64,000 nt of DNA from Alphaproteobacteria bacterium (GTDB lineage: Bacteria > Pseudomonadota > Alphaproteobacteria > GCA-2731375): the NCBI GenBank assembly GCA_965225945.1, contig CBDDBZ010000030.1, positions 152,450 through 216,449 on the forward strand, written 5' to 3'. Positions 13,670-23,395 of this stretch are shown in pieces. Within the stretch, counting starts at the first letter, position 1; each line of letters opens with the position of its first letter. The notes under the pieces are model-generated. The model was not told the DNA's origin and did no database searches. It was given only the letters and a program-made list of their open reading frames with translations. The position numbers and the translations under genes were made by a program.

Positions 13670-15154
13670 TCTATCGTTCTATGGAAATTCTTTCTGAATA
13701 TCCCAAACAGGTGATTGTGTTAAAGGGGACACAGAAAGTATGTGGCTTAAGGGGGCGGAGAGCAGGGCTACAGAGGAGATTGATTGACGAGGGCCAAACT
13801 CAAGGGTTTGGAAAATATTGTAGGGATATCGAGGCCGCTGAGCGTGGTGATATGGTCCTCCAAAAAAAAGATTTTGGATCACGGACGAGTGGCTACGGAA
13901 CATATGAAAAGAATGCTATCTGACGTTGCAGACATGCCGGGTGCGCTACGTGATTCCGCCGGTACCTTCACGGACACCTAGGTAAAGATTATTCGCAAAG
14001 GATCGTGCTTTACTGACGAAATTATCAAAACATTTGTTGAAAATATTTTGCTCAATTCTGTATGCATTAGTGATAGAGTGCCTGGAACGCAGGAGGTTGG
14101 GTTATGGACGGCAAGGGTTTCCAGTGTGGCTTTCGGCGGCGCGCGGGCTGACGCGCGCGCAGCGGCGCGAGGCGCTCGCGGTGCTGTCGGGCCGGAGCGA
14201 GGGCGAGGCATCGAAGGCCGCGATCGAGCTTGGTGTGGACGAGGCCCGGCACGTCCGTGCGCGACCAATTTCGCGCGGTATGGCGCGGGGTCTGCGGCGC
14301 TACCAGTGCAAGGGCTGCGGCAGGACCTTCAACGCGCTGAGCGGTATTACGCTGGCTGTCGTTCGGGGCGTCGCTGGCGAAGGGGGAGACGGTGAAGGCC
14401 TCGGCGGCGCGCTGCGACGTGGCGGTGAGCACGGCGTTCCGCTTCACCGGTTTCTGGCGGCGGCGCGGAGCGATTCGGAGGTGCTCAAGGGGATCGTTAC
14501 GTCTGGAGAGCCGGAAGGGCGCGCGCGGGCTGGGGCGCAAGGCACGGCGGCGGGGCGGCAAGGCGAAGAAGCGCGGCCTCTCGCGCGAGCAGGTACCGGT
14601 TCTCATGAGCGGAACGACGGTCAGCGCGGTGCTGCCCAGGGTCGATGCTCACGGCTGCCCTCGACCCGGTGGTCGCGAAATAGCTACCCACCGTGCGCCG
14701 CCGCGCTCGGGGTTCAAACTGGGGGATCGATCTGCATGTGCAGACGTGAACAGCCGCCACAGCCGGTACTTCCTGCGTCCCCGCCGCCATCGCCATATCT
14801 GAGACAACTAACCTGAGCTGGTTCCACCTCGTCGGCCTCGCCCCCGGCGCCAATGAAGCCTGCCTCGCCGCCGCCGTAACAATGACGCATAACGACATAG
14901 TTGATTATTCAAAGATCACCCACTGTAACCAATTTACCCAGTGAGGAAGAATTACCCAATACCTTCATTTTCGATCTGCGCTTTGTGCACAAATACTGAT
15001 ATTAAACTGGATCTCTGTCGGTAGCCCACATAGAGTTAAACCGCAAAAAATGCGAAACGACATGGTTGATATTAACTTCGCTACCTACGCATCTTTCTTT
15101 GACGGAATTCTGACCGAAGACAAAAAGCTTGAAAGCATTTATCGCGAAGCATAA
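13670..15154 (+). pseudogene. Decayed AT-rich hypothetical gene (possible PIN-like C-terminus) interrupted by IS1595 remnant
   Basis: Fragments MEILSEYPKQVIVLKGTQ.., ..ILDHGRVATEHMKR.., in-frame TAG ~13979, C-terminal KMRNDMVDINFATYASFFDGILTEDKKLESIYREA*. Confidence 0.5.
14050..14892 (+). mobile_element. Degenerate IS1595 copy with many small deletions
   Basis: Colinear and near-identical in blocks to the reverse complement of 61526-62550. Confidence 0.88.
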
Positions 15155-15443
15155 AGTTTGCGTCATTTGCTTTTATACGTTGACAAAGTTTAGCGACGGC
15201 ATAGGTACTAGGTCGGCTTGGTCAGTTGCGTAAATTGGCGAAACCCAATTTGCCCGATAAGGCTTATCCCCTTGGCTCCGGTGATGGAACATATGGTGTG
15301 CCGGGCTCGGGTCGGACAAGCGGAACAAGTAGTTGATATGGCGTCCTTTTCCGACATGGTAGATGCCCATGTGGGAGCATGCTAGGGAGCCGCCACCATC
15401 ATCTAGGCCAGCACGACAGGCCATTTTTCGCACGGCACCGACT

Positions 15444-15474
15444 TCGAGCTGACACTATTCCTAATGTGTAAGAT
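15444..15474. repeat. Degenerate palindromic site A (TCGAGCTGACACTATTCCTAATGTGTAAGAT)
   Basis: Direct repeat of 17571-17602. Confidence 0.65.
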
Positions 15475-15654
15475 GCTAATGAAGCCAAGAGAAAACGCCC
15501 CGTTGACCGAAGCCGACGGGGCGAAACCACCTACTGGTAGGCCACTATTCGCCTCAAGCGTTGTCTCAGACTGTGCGGCGAACGTCGTGCCTGAAGCCAG
15601 TCAAGGCGCTGTTCGGGTGTCATCAAATTACGGGGGCTACCGTTTCGGCGTTCA

Positions 15655-16134
15655 TTAGAACTACGTCTGCTCGGTTATAAGCTCCAGAAGTGAGATGCAT
15701 CGAATATCCTCTTCCTGGCACACATAGGGCATTTTGGGATTCTCTGCTGTGCCACCCTTTTCCTCGGTAACAACGGTGAGAGGGGGGTTGTGCGTTTGGG
15801 AAAGCGCTATCACAAATGGATCGGAGCCAGAGCGTCCCTTGCTGGTATCAACCAGGCGAGGCTATTTGCCGAGCAGAGTGGAGACGGCCTGCTGTACAGC
15901 GTCATCGATTTCGACGAAGAGGTCAGGATGTGCCTCACACCATTCAGCTAGGTCATCATCCTTCTTCTTAATATCGTTCAGAACCTCAATCGAGGCGCGC
16001 AGGCGAGCTTCGGCAGTTAGAGCTGAGAGGCGGTCCCAAACGGGCTTGAATATCTGTATTCCTGGGGGATAGGCCCGCACCCAGCCGTGAATGAGAGCGC
16101 TTGTATCGATCGAATAGTAGAAGTCCGCGCTCAT
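15655..16134 (-). pseudogene. DUF4411-like PIN-domain protein with in-frame stops
   Basis: YSIDTSALIHGW start; frame continues past TAG (15862-64) as PRLVDTSKGRSGSDPFVIAL..VVTEE..KMPYVC; second TAG at 15661-63. Confidence 0.8.
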
Positions 16135-17333
16135 CCCAGCCCCACGGTCTGCTCGATCTTGGGGAGATGACGGACGCGCAGGCCAAGGTAGGAGGAAACG
16201 TCATTGAGTGTGATGCGGTCCTGATAATAGTTGTTGAGCAATAGCCGGATGAAGGGTTTGCCGAAGTTGGTCACGGCGTCGCGCGGCGGATTCGGTCGAT
16301 ACTCCTGCTCTTGGAGTTTGACCTGCTCTTTGGCGCGACGGGCCTTTTCCTCGGTTGCGTATTGGTTCCGTTTCCGCCGGTAGAAGCTCGCTGACGTCCG
16401 GTCGAACGTCACTAGACGCCGGACAACGGCCTCTCGACTGACGCTATAGACTTTCGCCAACTCTTCAATTTCGCGATCATCCCATTCCGCACGGCCCGAG
16501 CGCCATTGGAGAATATCCTCAGCTAAGAAACGTTCTCGCGGCATAAGAGTCGCCGCCGCAACATGATTGCAGGACACTTCCACTCGCTGATCCTCGGGTG
16601 GGCGTGAGGCGTCTACATCCAGATCGGAAACGCCACTTTGCCGCAGCATGAGATGGGAAAATTCATGTAGGAGACTAAAGGTGCGTCGGTTGAACGGTGT
16701 CCTCTTCCGGCTTATCGCTATTACCGGCAATATGTCTTCGCTGATAGCAAAACCTGAAACTTCATCGGGGGAGATTCGGCCCATCTGGAAGACGAGGACT
16801 CCGAGGGCCTCCACATGCGTGCGCCAGGTATTGAAAGAGACGCGCGAATCCGGTCATTGCGCTTGGACTGGATACCTGATTTCCAGGTGATGACGGATCG
16901 TAGTTGCCAGGTCCTCCGGGTCTGCATCGAGTGACGTGGAAAGAGGGAAGGAAATAGGCGTCTCTTCAAGGTCGCTCATGAGATCAAGTGCAAGCGCGCG
17001 CCTTTGCTGTGCAAAGCGCATCTCACTGACTAGCTCCGGCGAATATTCGCGCAGACCATCGCCCGGGAGACGGCGAAAGTGCCGGAGGACCTGAAACTTC
17101 TTTGGTACCTCTTGGAGATAGAAAACGCTAAGAGGCCGCTTGTAGACAGTGGCCATCTTGCGAAGCTGCTTGATTGTCGGGCGCGCCTCTTCCTTGCCGC
17201 AACTTTCCCAAGCGGCGAGGCGTTCGGGTTTGACCTGAAGTTTTTTCGCGGCTTCCTCGACGCTGTAGGCGGCGCTTTCCCGTGCCCAGGTGAGAAGTTT
17301 GGGCCGTACTAGCGCACGAACACGTTCAGCCAC
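16131..17333 (-). pseudogene. XRE HTH + ImmA/IrrE metallopeptidase with in-frame TGA
   Basis: LTWARE..AWESC..PTIKQL HTH; FSLLHEFSH HExxH; the two ORFs share a frame, separated by TGA at 16854-56. Confidence 0.85.
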
Positions 17334-17570
17334 TGTTCCCCCCCTGGTCAGCGAAAAGGTGATCTCTCACCTTAGAGGAGTTGTACGGTTCGAACCAAGC
17401 GCGGATAGCTCCGTTTTTCACGAAGCACCAGCCTTCCTTATCATGCCCTGTCCATTATAGCTCGATCATTTTCATGGCCTGTCCCTCAGTTACATGTTTT
17501 GATCGTACTGTAAATCAACATCTGGTTGTATATCCTACAAGATAGCCGAAGCAGGCCCGCCGGTTCGGGG

Positions 17571-17697
17571 TCGAGATGACACTATTCCAAATAGTGTCAG
17601 ATTTCTCTGCAGGCTTCGCACGCCAGATTTCACTATTAGGTTCAATGCCTTATCGAGGTTGTCGAGAAATCTGACACTTCCCTGGAGTAATGTCAGA
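17571..17697. repeat. Palindromic site cluster B (TGACACTATT-N3-AATAGTGTCA plus inverted partner GAGAAATCTGACAC...TGTCAGA)
   Basis: Perfect 10-bp arms 17577-17599; 14-bp inverted pair 17594-17607 / 17664-17677. Confidence 0.75.
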
Positions 17698-18047
17698 CTT
17701 CAGATTTTGAGCCCGGAAGGGTTTGTCGGAAATTGGCGATCACCGCTATGACCGCTCAGGGTCAATACTCTCCTGTTAGAGTTCCCTAATATTACGGGGA
17801 TTCCCGGGGGTGGTCCAGACGCACCGGGACGGATAGACGACAGCGGCCGATGATCGGGCGCGCTGGCGCCTCGGCTACATCCCCCGCCATGCTCCGCTTT
17901 GCCCTCGCGATCACACTTCGCGCCCTCGGCCGGGCTCGCCCGATATCACCCGCGGAGCCGCCTCGAGGGCGGATTTGGCCGAATCACATGGGCACAAACG
18001 ACACCGAGGTGAAGCCGAGGGACTTTTGACCAGACAACGCCCGACAC

Positions 18048-20444
18048 TCACCCCGCCTCGTCGTCGGCGACCGTGCCGAGGGCGGCGAGAATGCGCTCCG
18101 GGGTCGCCGGTTGCGCGTTCACTCGCGCGCCCAGCGGCCTCAGCGCATCGTTGATGGCGTTCATCACCGCGGCCGGGGCGCCGGCGGTACCGGCCTCGCC
18201 GGCACCCTTGGCGCCGAGCTCGGAATCCTCGGTCGGGGTTTCGATGTGGGCGACCTCGATGTCCGGCATCTCGGCGGCCATCGGCACCAGGTAGTCCATC
18301 ATGCTGCCGTTGAGCAATTGCCCCTCGGAATTGTAAAGGCAGTGCTCGAAGAGGGCCGCGCCGATGCCCTGGACGATGCCGCCACGGACCTGCTCGTCGA
18401 CGAGCTGCGGATTGATCACGGTGCCGCAGTCCTCCACCGCCCAGTGCTTGCGCAGGGTGACGAAGCCGGTCTCGACGTCGACCTCGAGCGAGCACGCTTG
18501 CACGCCGTTGGTGAAAGCGAAGGGGTACTGCTGGGGCACGTAGTGCCGGGTCACCACCAGCTCGCTCTGGAAGTCCTTGGGCAGGGTGTCGGGCCGGAAG
18601 TAGGCGATGCGCCCGATCTCGTCGAGCCCGAGCCGGTCGCGGCCGTCGCTCATGTCGACCACCCGGTCCTCGCGGATGTCGAGGCTCGCCGGCTCGCACT
18701 GCAGGACGATGCCCGCCACCTCGAGGATGCGGGCCCGCAACGCCTTGCCCGCCTGCACCGCCGCCTCGCCGCCGACGCCTGCGGCGCGCGACGCCCAGGT
18801 GCCGCCGCCATAGGGCGTGACGTCGGTGTCGCCGGTGATGACCCGCACCTTGTCGAGGCTCACGCCGAGCGCCGTCGCCGTGACCTGGGCCATCACCGCC
18901 TCGGCGCCCTGGCCTTGCTCGGTGACGCCCGAGGCGCAGATGACGTTGCCCTTGGCGTCGAGGCGGAGCGTGCAGCCCTCCTGGGCGGAGATGCGCGCGC
19001 CGCCGACACCGTAAAACATGGCGCTCGGATTGGTCAGCTCGAGGAAGGTGGCGATGCCGATGCCCAGGTAGACGCCGTCGGCCCGCCCGCGCTCCTGCTC
19101 GGCGCGCAAAGCGTCGTAGTCCATGAGTTCGAGCAAGCGCTCCAGGGTGCGCTGGTGCGACAGGCGCTCGAAGCTGAGGCCGCTCGGCGCCTTGCACGGA
19201 TAGGCGTCGTCGGCGATCAGGTTCGCCCGGCGGACCTCGACGGGGTCCATGGAGACGGCCGCCGCGGCGGCATCGACCAGGCCTTCGGTCACGGCGGTGG
19301 CGATGGGGTGGCCAACCGCCCGGTACTGGCACATGGGAACCTTGTTTTGGAACACCACGCGAGTCCTCGCCCGGTAGCTGTCGATGGCGTATTGGGCGCC
19401 GGTCAGGTTGACGATCTGGTTGGCCTCGATGGCGCTCGTGCGGGGGTAGACCGAATAGGGACCGATGCCGGTGAGATCGTCGATCTCGAGGGCGAGGATG
19501 CGGCCGTCGTCGGCGATCGCCATGCGCCCGCGGACCCGGTGGTCGCGGGCATGGATGTCGGTGAGGAAGGATTCCAAGCGGTCGGCGATGAACTTGACCG
19601 GCCGGCGCAGCATGACGCTCAAGGCGGCCGTCGCCATCTCGTCGGCGTAGGTATGGACCTTGATGCCGAAGGAGCCGCCGACGTTGCGGCAGATGACGCG
19701 GACGTCGTGCTCCTCCAGGCCCAGATGCGTCGCGAAGATGTTCTGCATCATGTGCGGGGCCTGGGTGGAGTGGTAGACGGTGAGGCGCGCCTCGGCCGCC
19801 TCAAAGCTGGCGAGAATGGCGCGCGTCTCCAGCGTGACGCCGGTGTGGCGGCCGAAGGAAAAGACCTCCTCGACCACCGTGCCGGCGGCGAAGGCCGCGT
19901 CCACGTCGCCCGCCTCGAAGCTGCGCTGCCAGGCTAGGTTGTCGCCGAGGTCTTCGTGGATGACCGGCGTCCGGGCGTCGAGCGCCCGTTCCATGTCGAC
20001 GACCGGCACCAGCTCCCGCCACCGGACGTCGACGGCTTCGACGCCGTCTTCGGCCTGCGCCCGGGTCTCGGCGACGACGGCGGCGACCGCCTCGCCCTGC
20101 CAGCAGGCCTTGGCGAGCGCGATGGCGTGCTGGGGCTCGGACTTGAGGCCCTGCAGATGGCTGAGGACGCCGACCCAGGGCGTGCAATAGGCCTCGAGCT
20201 CGGCGCCGGTGACGACGGCGACGACGCCCGGGCTCTGCTTCGCGGCAGCGCTGTCGATCGCCTCGATCAGGGCATGGGCGTAGGGCGAGCGGACGAACGC
20301 GACATGCACCATGCGCGGCAGTCGGATGTCGTCGACGAAAGTTCCGTGCCCCTGTAGCAGGCGGCGCAGGTTGGGCCGGGGCACGCTGCGCCCGATATAG
20401 CTGTTCGGCCGGTCGAGGATGGCATGGAGCGTGGTTTCGCTCAT
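18048..20444 (-). CDS. Xanthine dehydrogenase/CoxL-family molybdopterin-binding large subunit
   Basis: VGGSFGIK, QYRAVG, GVTEQGQG, GGGTWASR, QVRGGIVQGIG, GAKGAGEAG; ATG 20444 overlaps small-subunit stop. Confidence 0.92.
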   Translation of the reverse strand: MSETTLHAILDRPNSYIGRSVPRPNLRRLLQGHGTFVDDIRLPRMVHVAFVRSPYAHALIEAIDSAAAKQSPGVVAVVTGAELEAYCTPWVGVLSHLQGLKSEPQHAIALAKACWQGEAVAAVVAETRAQAEDGVEAVDVRWRELVPVVDMERALDARTPVIHEDLGDNLAWQRSFEAGDVDAAFAAGTVVEEVFSFGRHTGVTLETRAILASFEAAEARLTVYHSTQAPHMMQNIFATHLGLEEHDVRVICRNVGGSFGIKVHTYADEMATAALSVMLRRPVKFIADRLESFLTDIHARDHRVRGRMAIADDGRILALEIDDLTGIGPYSVYPRTSAIEANQIVNLTGAQYAIDSYRARTRVVFQNKVPMCQYRAVGHPIATAVTEGLVDAAAAAVSMDPVEVRRANLIADDAYPCKAPSGLSFERLSHQRTLERLLELMDYDALRAEQERGRADGVYLGIGIATFLELTNPSAMFYGVGGARISAQEGCTLRLDAKGNVICASGVTEQGQGAEAVMAQVTATALGVSLDKVRVITGDTDVTPYGGGTWASRAAGVGGEAAVQAGKALRARILEVAGIVLQCEPASLDIREDRVVDMSDGRDRLGLDEIGRIAYFRPDTLPKDFQSELVVTRHYVPQQYPFAFTNGVQACSLEVDVETGFVTLRKHWAVEDCGTVINPQLVDEQVRGGIVQGIGAALFEHCLYNSEGQLLNGSMMDYLVPMAAEMPDIEVAHIETPTEDSELGAKGAGEAGTAGAPAAVMNAINDALRPLGARVNAQPATPERILAALGTVADDEAG

Positions 20445-20929
20445 GACGCCGCCGTCCCCAGGGCGCTCTGGGCGACGCTCTCGACGGCGTCGACGATGGC
20501 GTGATAGCCGGTGCAGCGGCAGTAGTTGCCGGATAGGTACGCACGGATCTCGGCCCGGGTCGGCGCCGGGTTGGTCGCGAGCAGGGCCTGGGCGGTGAGC
20601 AGAAAGCCTGGCGTGCAGTAGCCGCACTGCAGGGCATTGCGGGCATGGAAGGCGGCCTGCAGCGCGGCCACCTCGCCGCTATCGGAGACGCCCTCGATGG
20701 TTTCCACCCGGGCGCCGTCGACCTGCGCCGCCAACACCAGGCAGCCGCGGACAATGTCGCCGTCGAGGCGCACCGTGCAGGCGCCGCAGACGCCATGCTC
20801 GCAGCCGACGTGACTTCCCGTCAGTTCCAGTCCGTAGCGCAGGAAGTCGACCAGGCTTTGGCGCGCCGGCACGCTGGCCCGGACCTCGGTGCCGTTGATC
20901 GTGGCCTGGATGTCGACCATCGGCTCCAT
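20441..20929 (-). CDS. [2Fe-2S] small subunit (CoxS-like)
   Basis: GCEHGVCGACTV, QCGYCTPG, GNYCRCTGY. Confidence 0.93.
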   Translation of the reverse strand: MEPMVDIQATINGTEVRASVPARQSLVDFLRYGLELTGSHVGCEHGVCGACTVRLDGDIVRGCLVLAAQVDGARVETIEGVSDSGEVAALQAAFHARNALQCGYCTPGFLLTAQALLATNPAPTRAEIRAYLSGNYCRCTGYHAIVDAVESVAQSALGTAAS

Positions 20930-20933
20930 ATGT

Positions 20934-20950
20934 TGGATTCTATCCACTAG
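20934..20950. repeat. Partial palindrome TGGATTCTATCCACTAG, copy 1
   Basis: 17 bp identical to 26662-26678. Confidence 0.7.
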
Positions 20951-20952
20951 CC

Positions 20953-21804
20953 TCACGCCGCCATTCGGGCGAGCACGCGCTTTGCCAGGACGCCGCAGTG
21001 GTGCAGCTTGGTCCGAGCGCCGTAGCCCGGCTGGCCGACCGGTCGGATGTCTTGCGCGAGCGCGCCCACCGCGTCCTCGATGTTGGCGCTCGACAGATCC
21101 TGGCCCTCGAGCCTCTGGGCACTGGTCGTCGCCAGGACCGGCCTGTCGCCCGCGGCGAAGAAGGCGAGGCGCAGGTTGAAAGCGCGCCCGTCCTCGAATA
21201 GTCCGTGTGCCGCCAAGCCCGCCAAGGCGTAGTCGCCATGGCGCCTGGCCAGTTCGTCGAACCCCGAACGGTATCCTGGTGCGAGGACGGGAACCTCGAC
21301 ACAGCGCAGCAGCTCGCCGGGGCGCAACGCGGTCTCGAAGACGCCGGTGAAGAAATCGGCCGCCGCCACATGGCGCCTGCCGTCGAGGCCTTCGAGCTCG
21401 ACGCGACCGCCGAGCGCGAGCACGCAGGCCGGCAGTTCGGCCGCCGGATCGGCGAGCGCGAGGCTGCCGCCGATGGTGCCCCGGTTGCGGATTGCCGGGT
21501 GGCCGATATGAAGGACGGCTTCCCTGAGCAGCGGTGCCGCCTCGGCGATCGCCTGCGAGGCGGCGAGGTCGCAATGGCGCAGCAGCGCGCCGATGCGCAG
21601 CCGGCCGTCTTCGATGGAAACCGCCTTGAGCCCGGGCAGCGCGCCGATGTCGACGACGTGGCTAGGGGCCACCAGGCGCATGTTGAGCATGGGCACCAGG
21701 CTCTGGCCGCCGGCGAGGACGACCGCGTCCGGATGTTCGGCGAGGACCGCCAACGCCTCGTCGATGGACGACGGCCTGACATACTCGAACGGTGCCGGTT
21801 TCAG
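20953..21804 (-). CDS. FAD-binding medium subunit (CoxM-like); probable CTG start
   Basis: KPAPFEYVRP, LAGGQSLVPMLN, IRNRGTIGGSLALADPAAE. Confidence 0.9.
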   Translation of the reverse strand: MKPAPFEYVRPSSIDEALAVLAEHPDAVVLAGGQSLVPMLNMRLVAPSHVVDIGALPGLKAVSIEDGRLRIGALLRHCDLAASQAIAEAAPLLREAVLHIGHPAIRNRGTIGGSLALADPAAELPACVLALGGRVELEGLDGRRHVAAADFFTGVFETALRPGELLRCVEVPVLAPGYRSGFDELARRHGDYALAGLAAHGLFEDGRAFNLRLAFFAAGDRPVLATTSAQRLEGQDLSSANIEDAVGALAQDIRPVGQPGYGARTKLHHCGVLAKRVLARMAA

Positions 21805-22090
21805 GGAATTGCCCCCCTCGAACGCTGCGGACCGGACTCCATGCCCGTCCCCGGGCAGGCATCTCGGTGCCATTTGGCCGTGGCTGCCCGTGGCGATATT
21901 GTACCCAGATAGCGGCCGGAACAAGCGGCGCCCGAGGGGACGGGCGGCGAGCCGACCGACGGCCCGAACATATCGCTCTTTCGTGGCCGATCCGTGTTGT
22001 GCTAGGAATCGTCACGCGCAATCCAGGAGATCATCGAGCGACAACGATCCGTAAGGCAACGACGTTGCCGAGCAAGGGGGGAATTTAGGG

Positions 22091-23359
22091 ATGTTGGAGA
22101 AATTTGCGACGAAGCGCCGTTTCCTGGCGCTCGGTGGCGTGCTGGTGGCCGCCATGATCATCTCACAGGTCCTCACGCCCGCGGCGCGGGCGGCGGAGCC
22201 GCTCAAGATCGGCTTCTCCATGGCACTCACCGGGGCGCTCGCGGGTGCGGGCAGGGCGGCCTTGATCGCCATGGAGATTTGGCGCGAGGACATCAACAAG
22301 CAGGGCGGTATCCTCGGCCGGCAGGTCGAGTTCGTCTACTTCGACGACGCCACCTCGCCGTCCAAGGTGCCCGGCATTTACACCAAGCTTCTCAACATCG
22401 ACAAGGTGGATTTGGTGGTCTCCAGCTACGGCACCAACGAGATCTCGCCAGCCATGCCGATCATCATGCGCAAGGGGCTGGTTTTCATGGCGCTTTTCGG
22501 CCTCGCCGTCAACGACCGCTTCAACTACGACCGCTATTTCCAGATCATGCCGGCCGGCCCGGTGCCCAAGGAGGACTGGTCCCGGGGATTCTTCGAGCTG
22601 GCCATGGCGCAGAGCCCGAAGCCGAAGAGCATCGCGCTCGTGGCCGAGGATGCGGAGTTCGCCCGCAACGCCGTCGCGGGAGCCCGCAAAAATGCCGAGA
22701 AAGCCGGTCTGGACATCGTCTACGACAAGACCTTCCCGTTTGGCTCGACCGACGTGACGCCGGTGATCCGGGCGATCAAGGCCTCGGGCGCCGATCTCGT
22801 TTACATGGGCTCCTATCCAAATGGCTCGGTCGGCCTGGTCAAGGCGGCGCACGAGCTCGACCTCAAGGCCAAGATGTTCGGTGGCGGCATGGTCGGCCTG
22901 CAGTTCGCGGCAATCCAGAAGAACCTGGGCCCGATGCTGAACAACATCGTCAACTATGATTTCTGGGTGCCCGAGCCGACCCTCGATTTCGAGGGCGTCG
23001 AGGCCTTTCTGAAGAAGTACCAGGCCGCCGCCAAGGGCAAGAAGGTCGATCCCCTGGGGCATTACCTGCCGCCCTACGCCTATGCCTATCTGCAGGTTCT
23101 CGGCCAAGCGGTGAACGCGGTCGGCAGCCTCGACCAGAAGGCGATCGCCGAATACATCCACGCCACCACCTTCAAAACGGTGGTCGGTCCGGTCAAGTTC
23201 GGCAAGAACGGCGAGTGGGCGAAAACGCGGACCCTGCAGGTCCAGTTCCGCGACGTCGAGCCCAACAATTTGGAACAGTTCAAGCACGCCGGCAAGCGCA
23301 TCGTGCTCTATCCGGAGAGCGTGAAATCGGGCAGCATCGTCTACCCCTACAAGCAGTGA
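22091..23359 (+). CDS. Branched-chain amino acid-type ABC substrate-binding protein
   Basis: Signal peptide, KIGFSMALTG, GGILGRQVEFVYFDD. Confidence 0.92.
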   Translation: MLEKFATKRRFLALGGVLVAAMIISQVLTPAARAAEPLKIGFSMALTGALAGAGRAALIAMEIWREDINKQGGILGRQVEFVYFDDATSPSKVPGIYTKLLNIDKVDLVVSSYGTNEISPAMPIIMRKGLVFMALFGLAVNDRFNYDRYFQIMPAGPVPKEDWSRGFFELAMAQSPKPKSIALVAEDAEFARNAVAGARKNAEKAGLDIVYDKTFPFGSTDVTPVIRAIKASGADLVYMGSYPNGSVGLVKAAHELDLKAKMFGGGMVGLQFAAIQKNLGPMLNNIVNYDFWVPEPTLDFEGVEAFLKKYQAAAKGKKVDPLGHYLPPYAYAYLQVLGQAVNAVGSLDQKAIAEYIHATTFKTVVGPVKFGKNGEWAKTRTLQVQFRDVEPNNLEQFKHAGKRIVLYPESVKSGSIVYPYKQ

Positions 23360-23395
23360 TTGTAATCTGACCGCACGATCGGGACCCCGGCGCTG

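Noticed and set aside
15173-15433. Small minus-strand ORF in the island
   Set aside because: No motif or RBS support; cannot be distinguished from a remnant.
15655-17333. Alternative genetic code or selenocysteine/pyrrolysine recoding
   Set aside because: TGA and TAG are used as normal stops throughout the window; no recoding machinery is seen.
17514-17548. NrdR-box-like sequence (CAACATCTGG..CTACAAGATAG)
   Set aside because: Weak match and no ribonucleotide reductase gene adjacent.
18048-21804. Aerobic CO dehydrogenase (coxMSL)
   Set aside because: Lacks the AYXCSFR motif, and no coxDEFG accessory genes are nearby.
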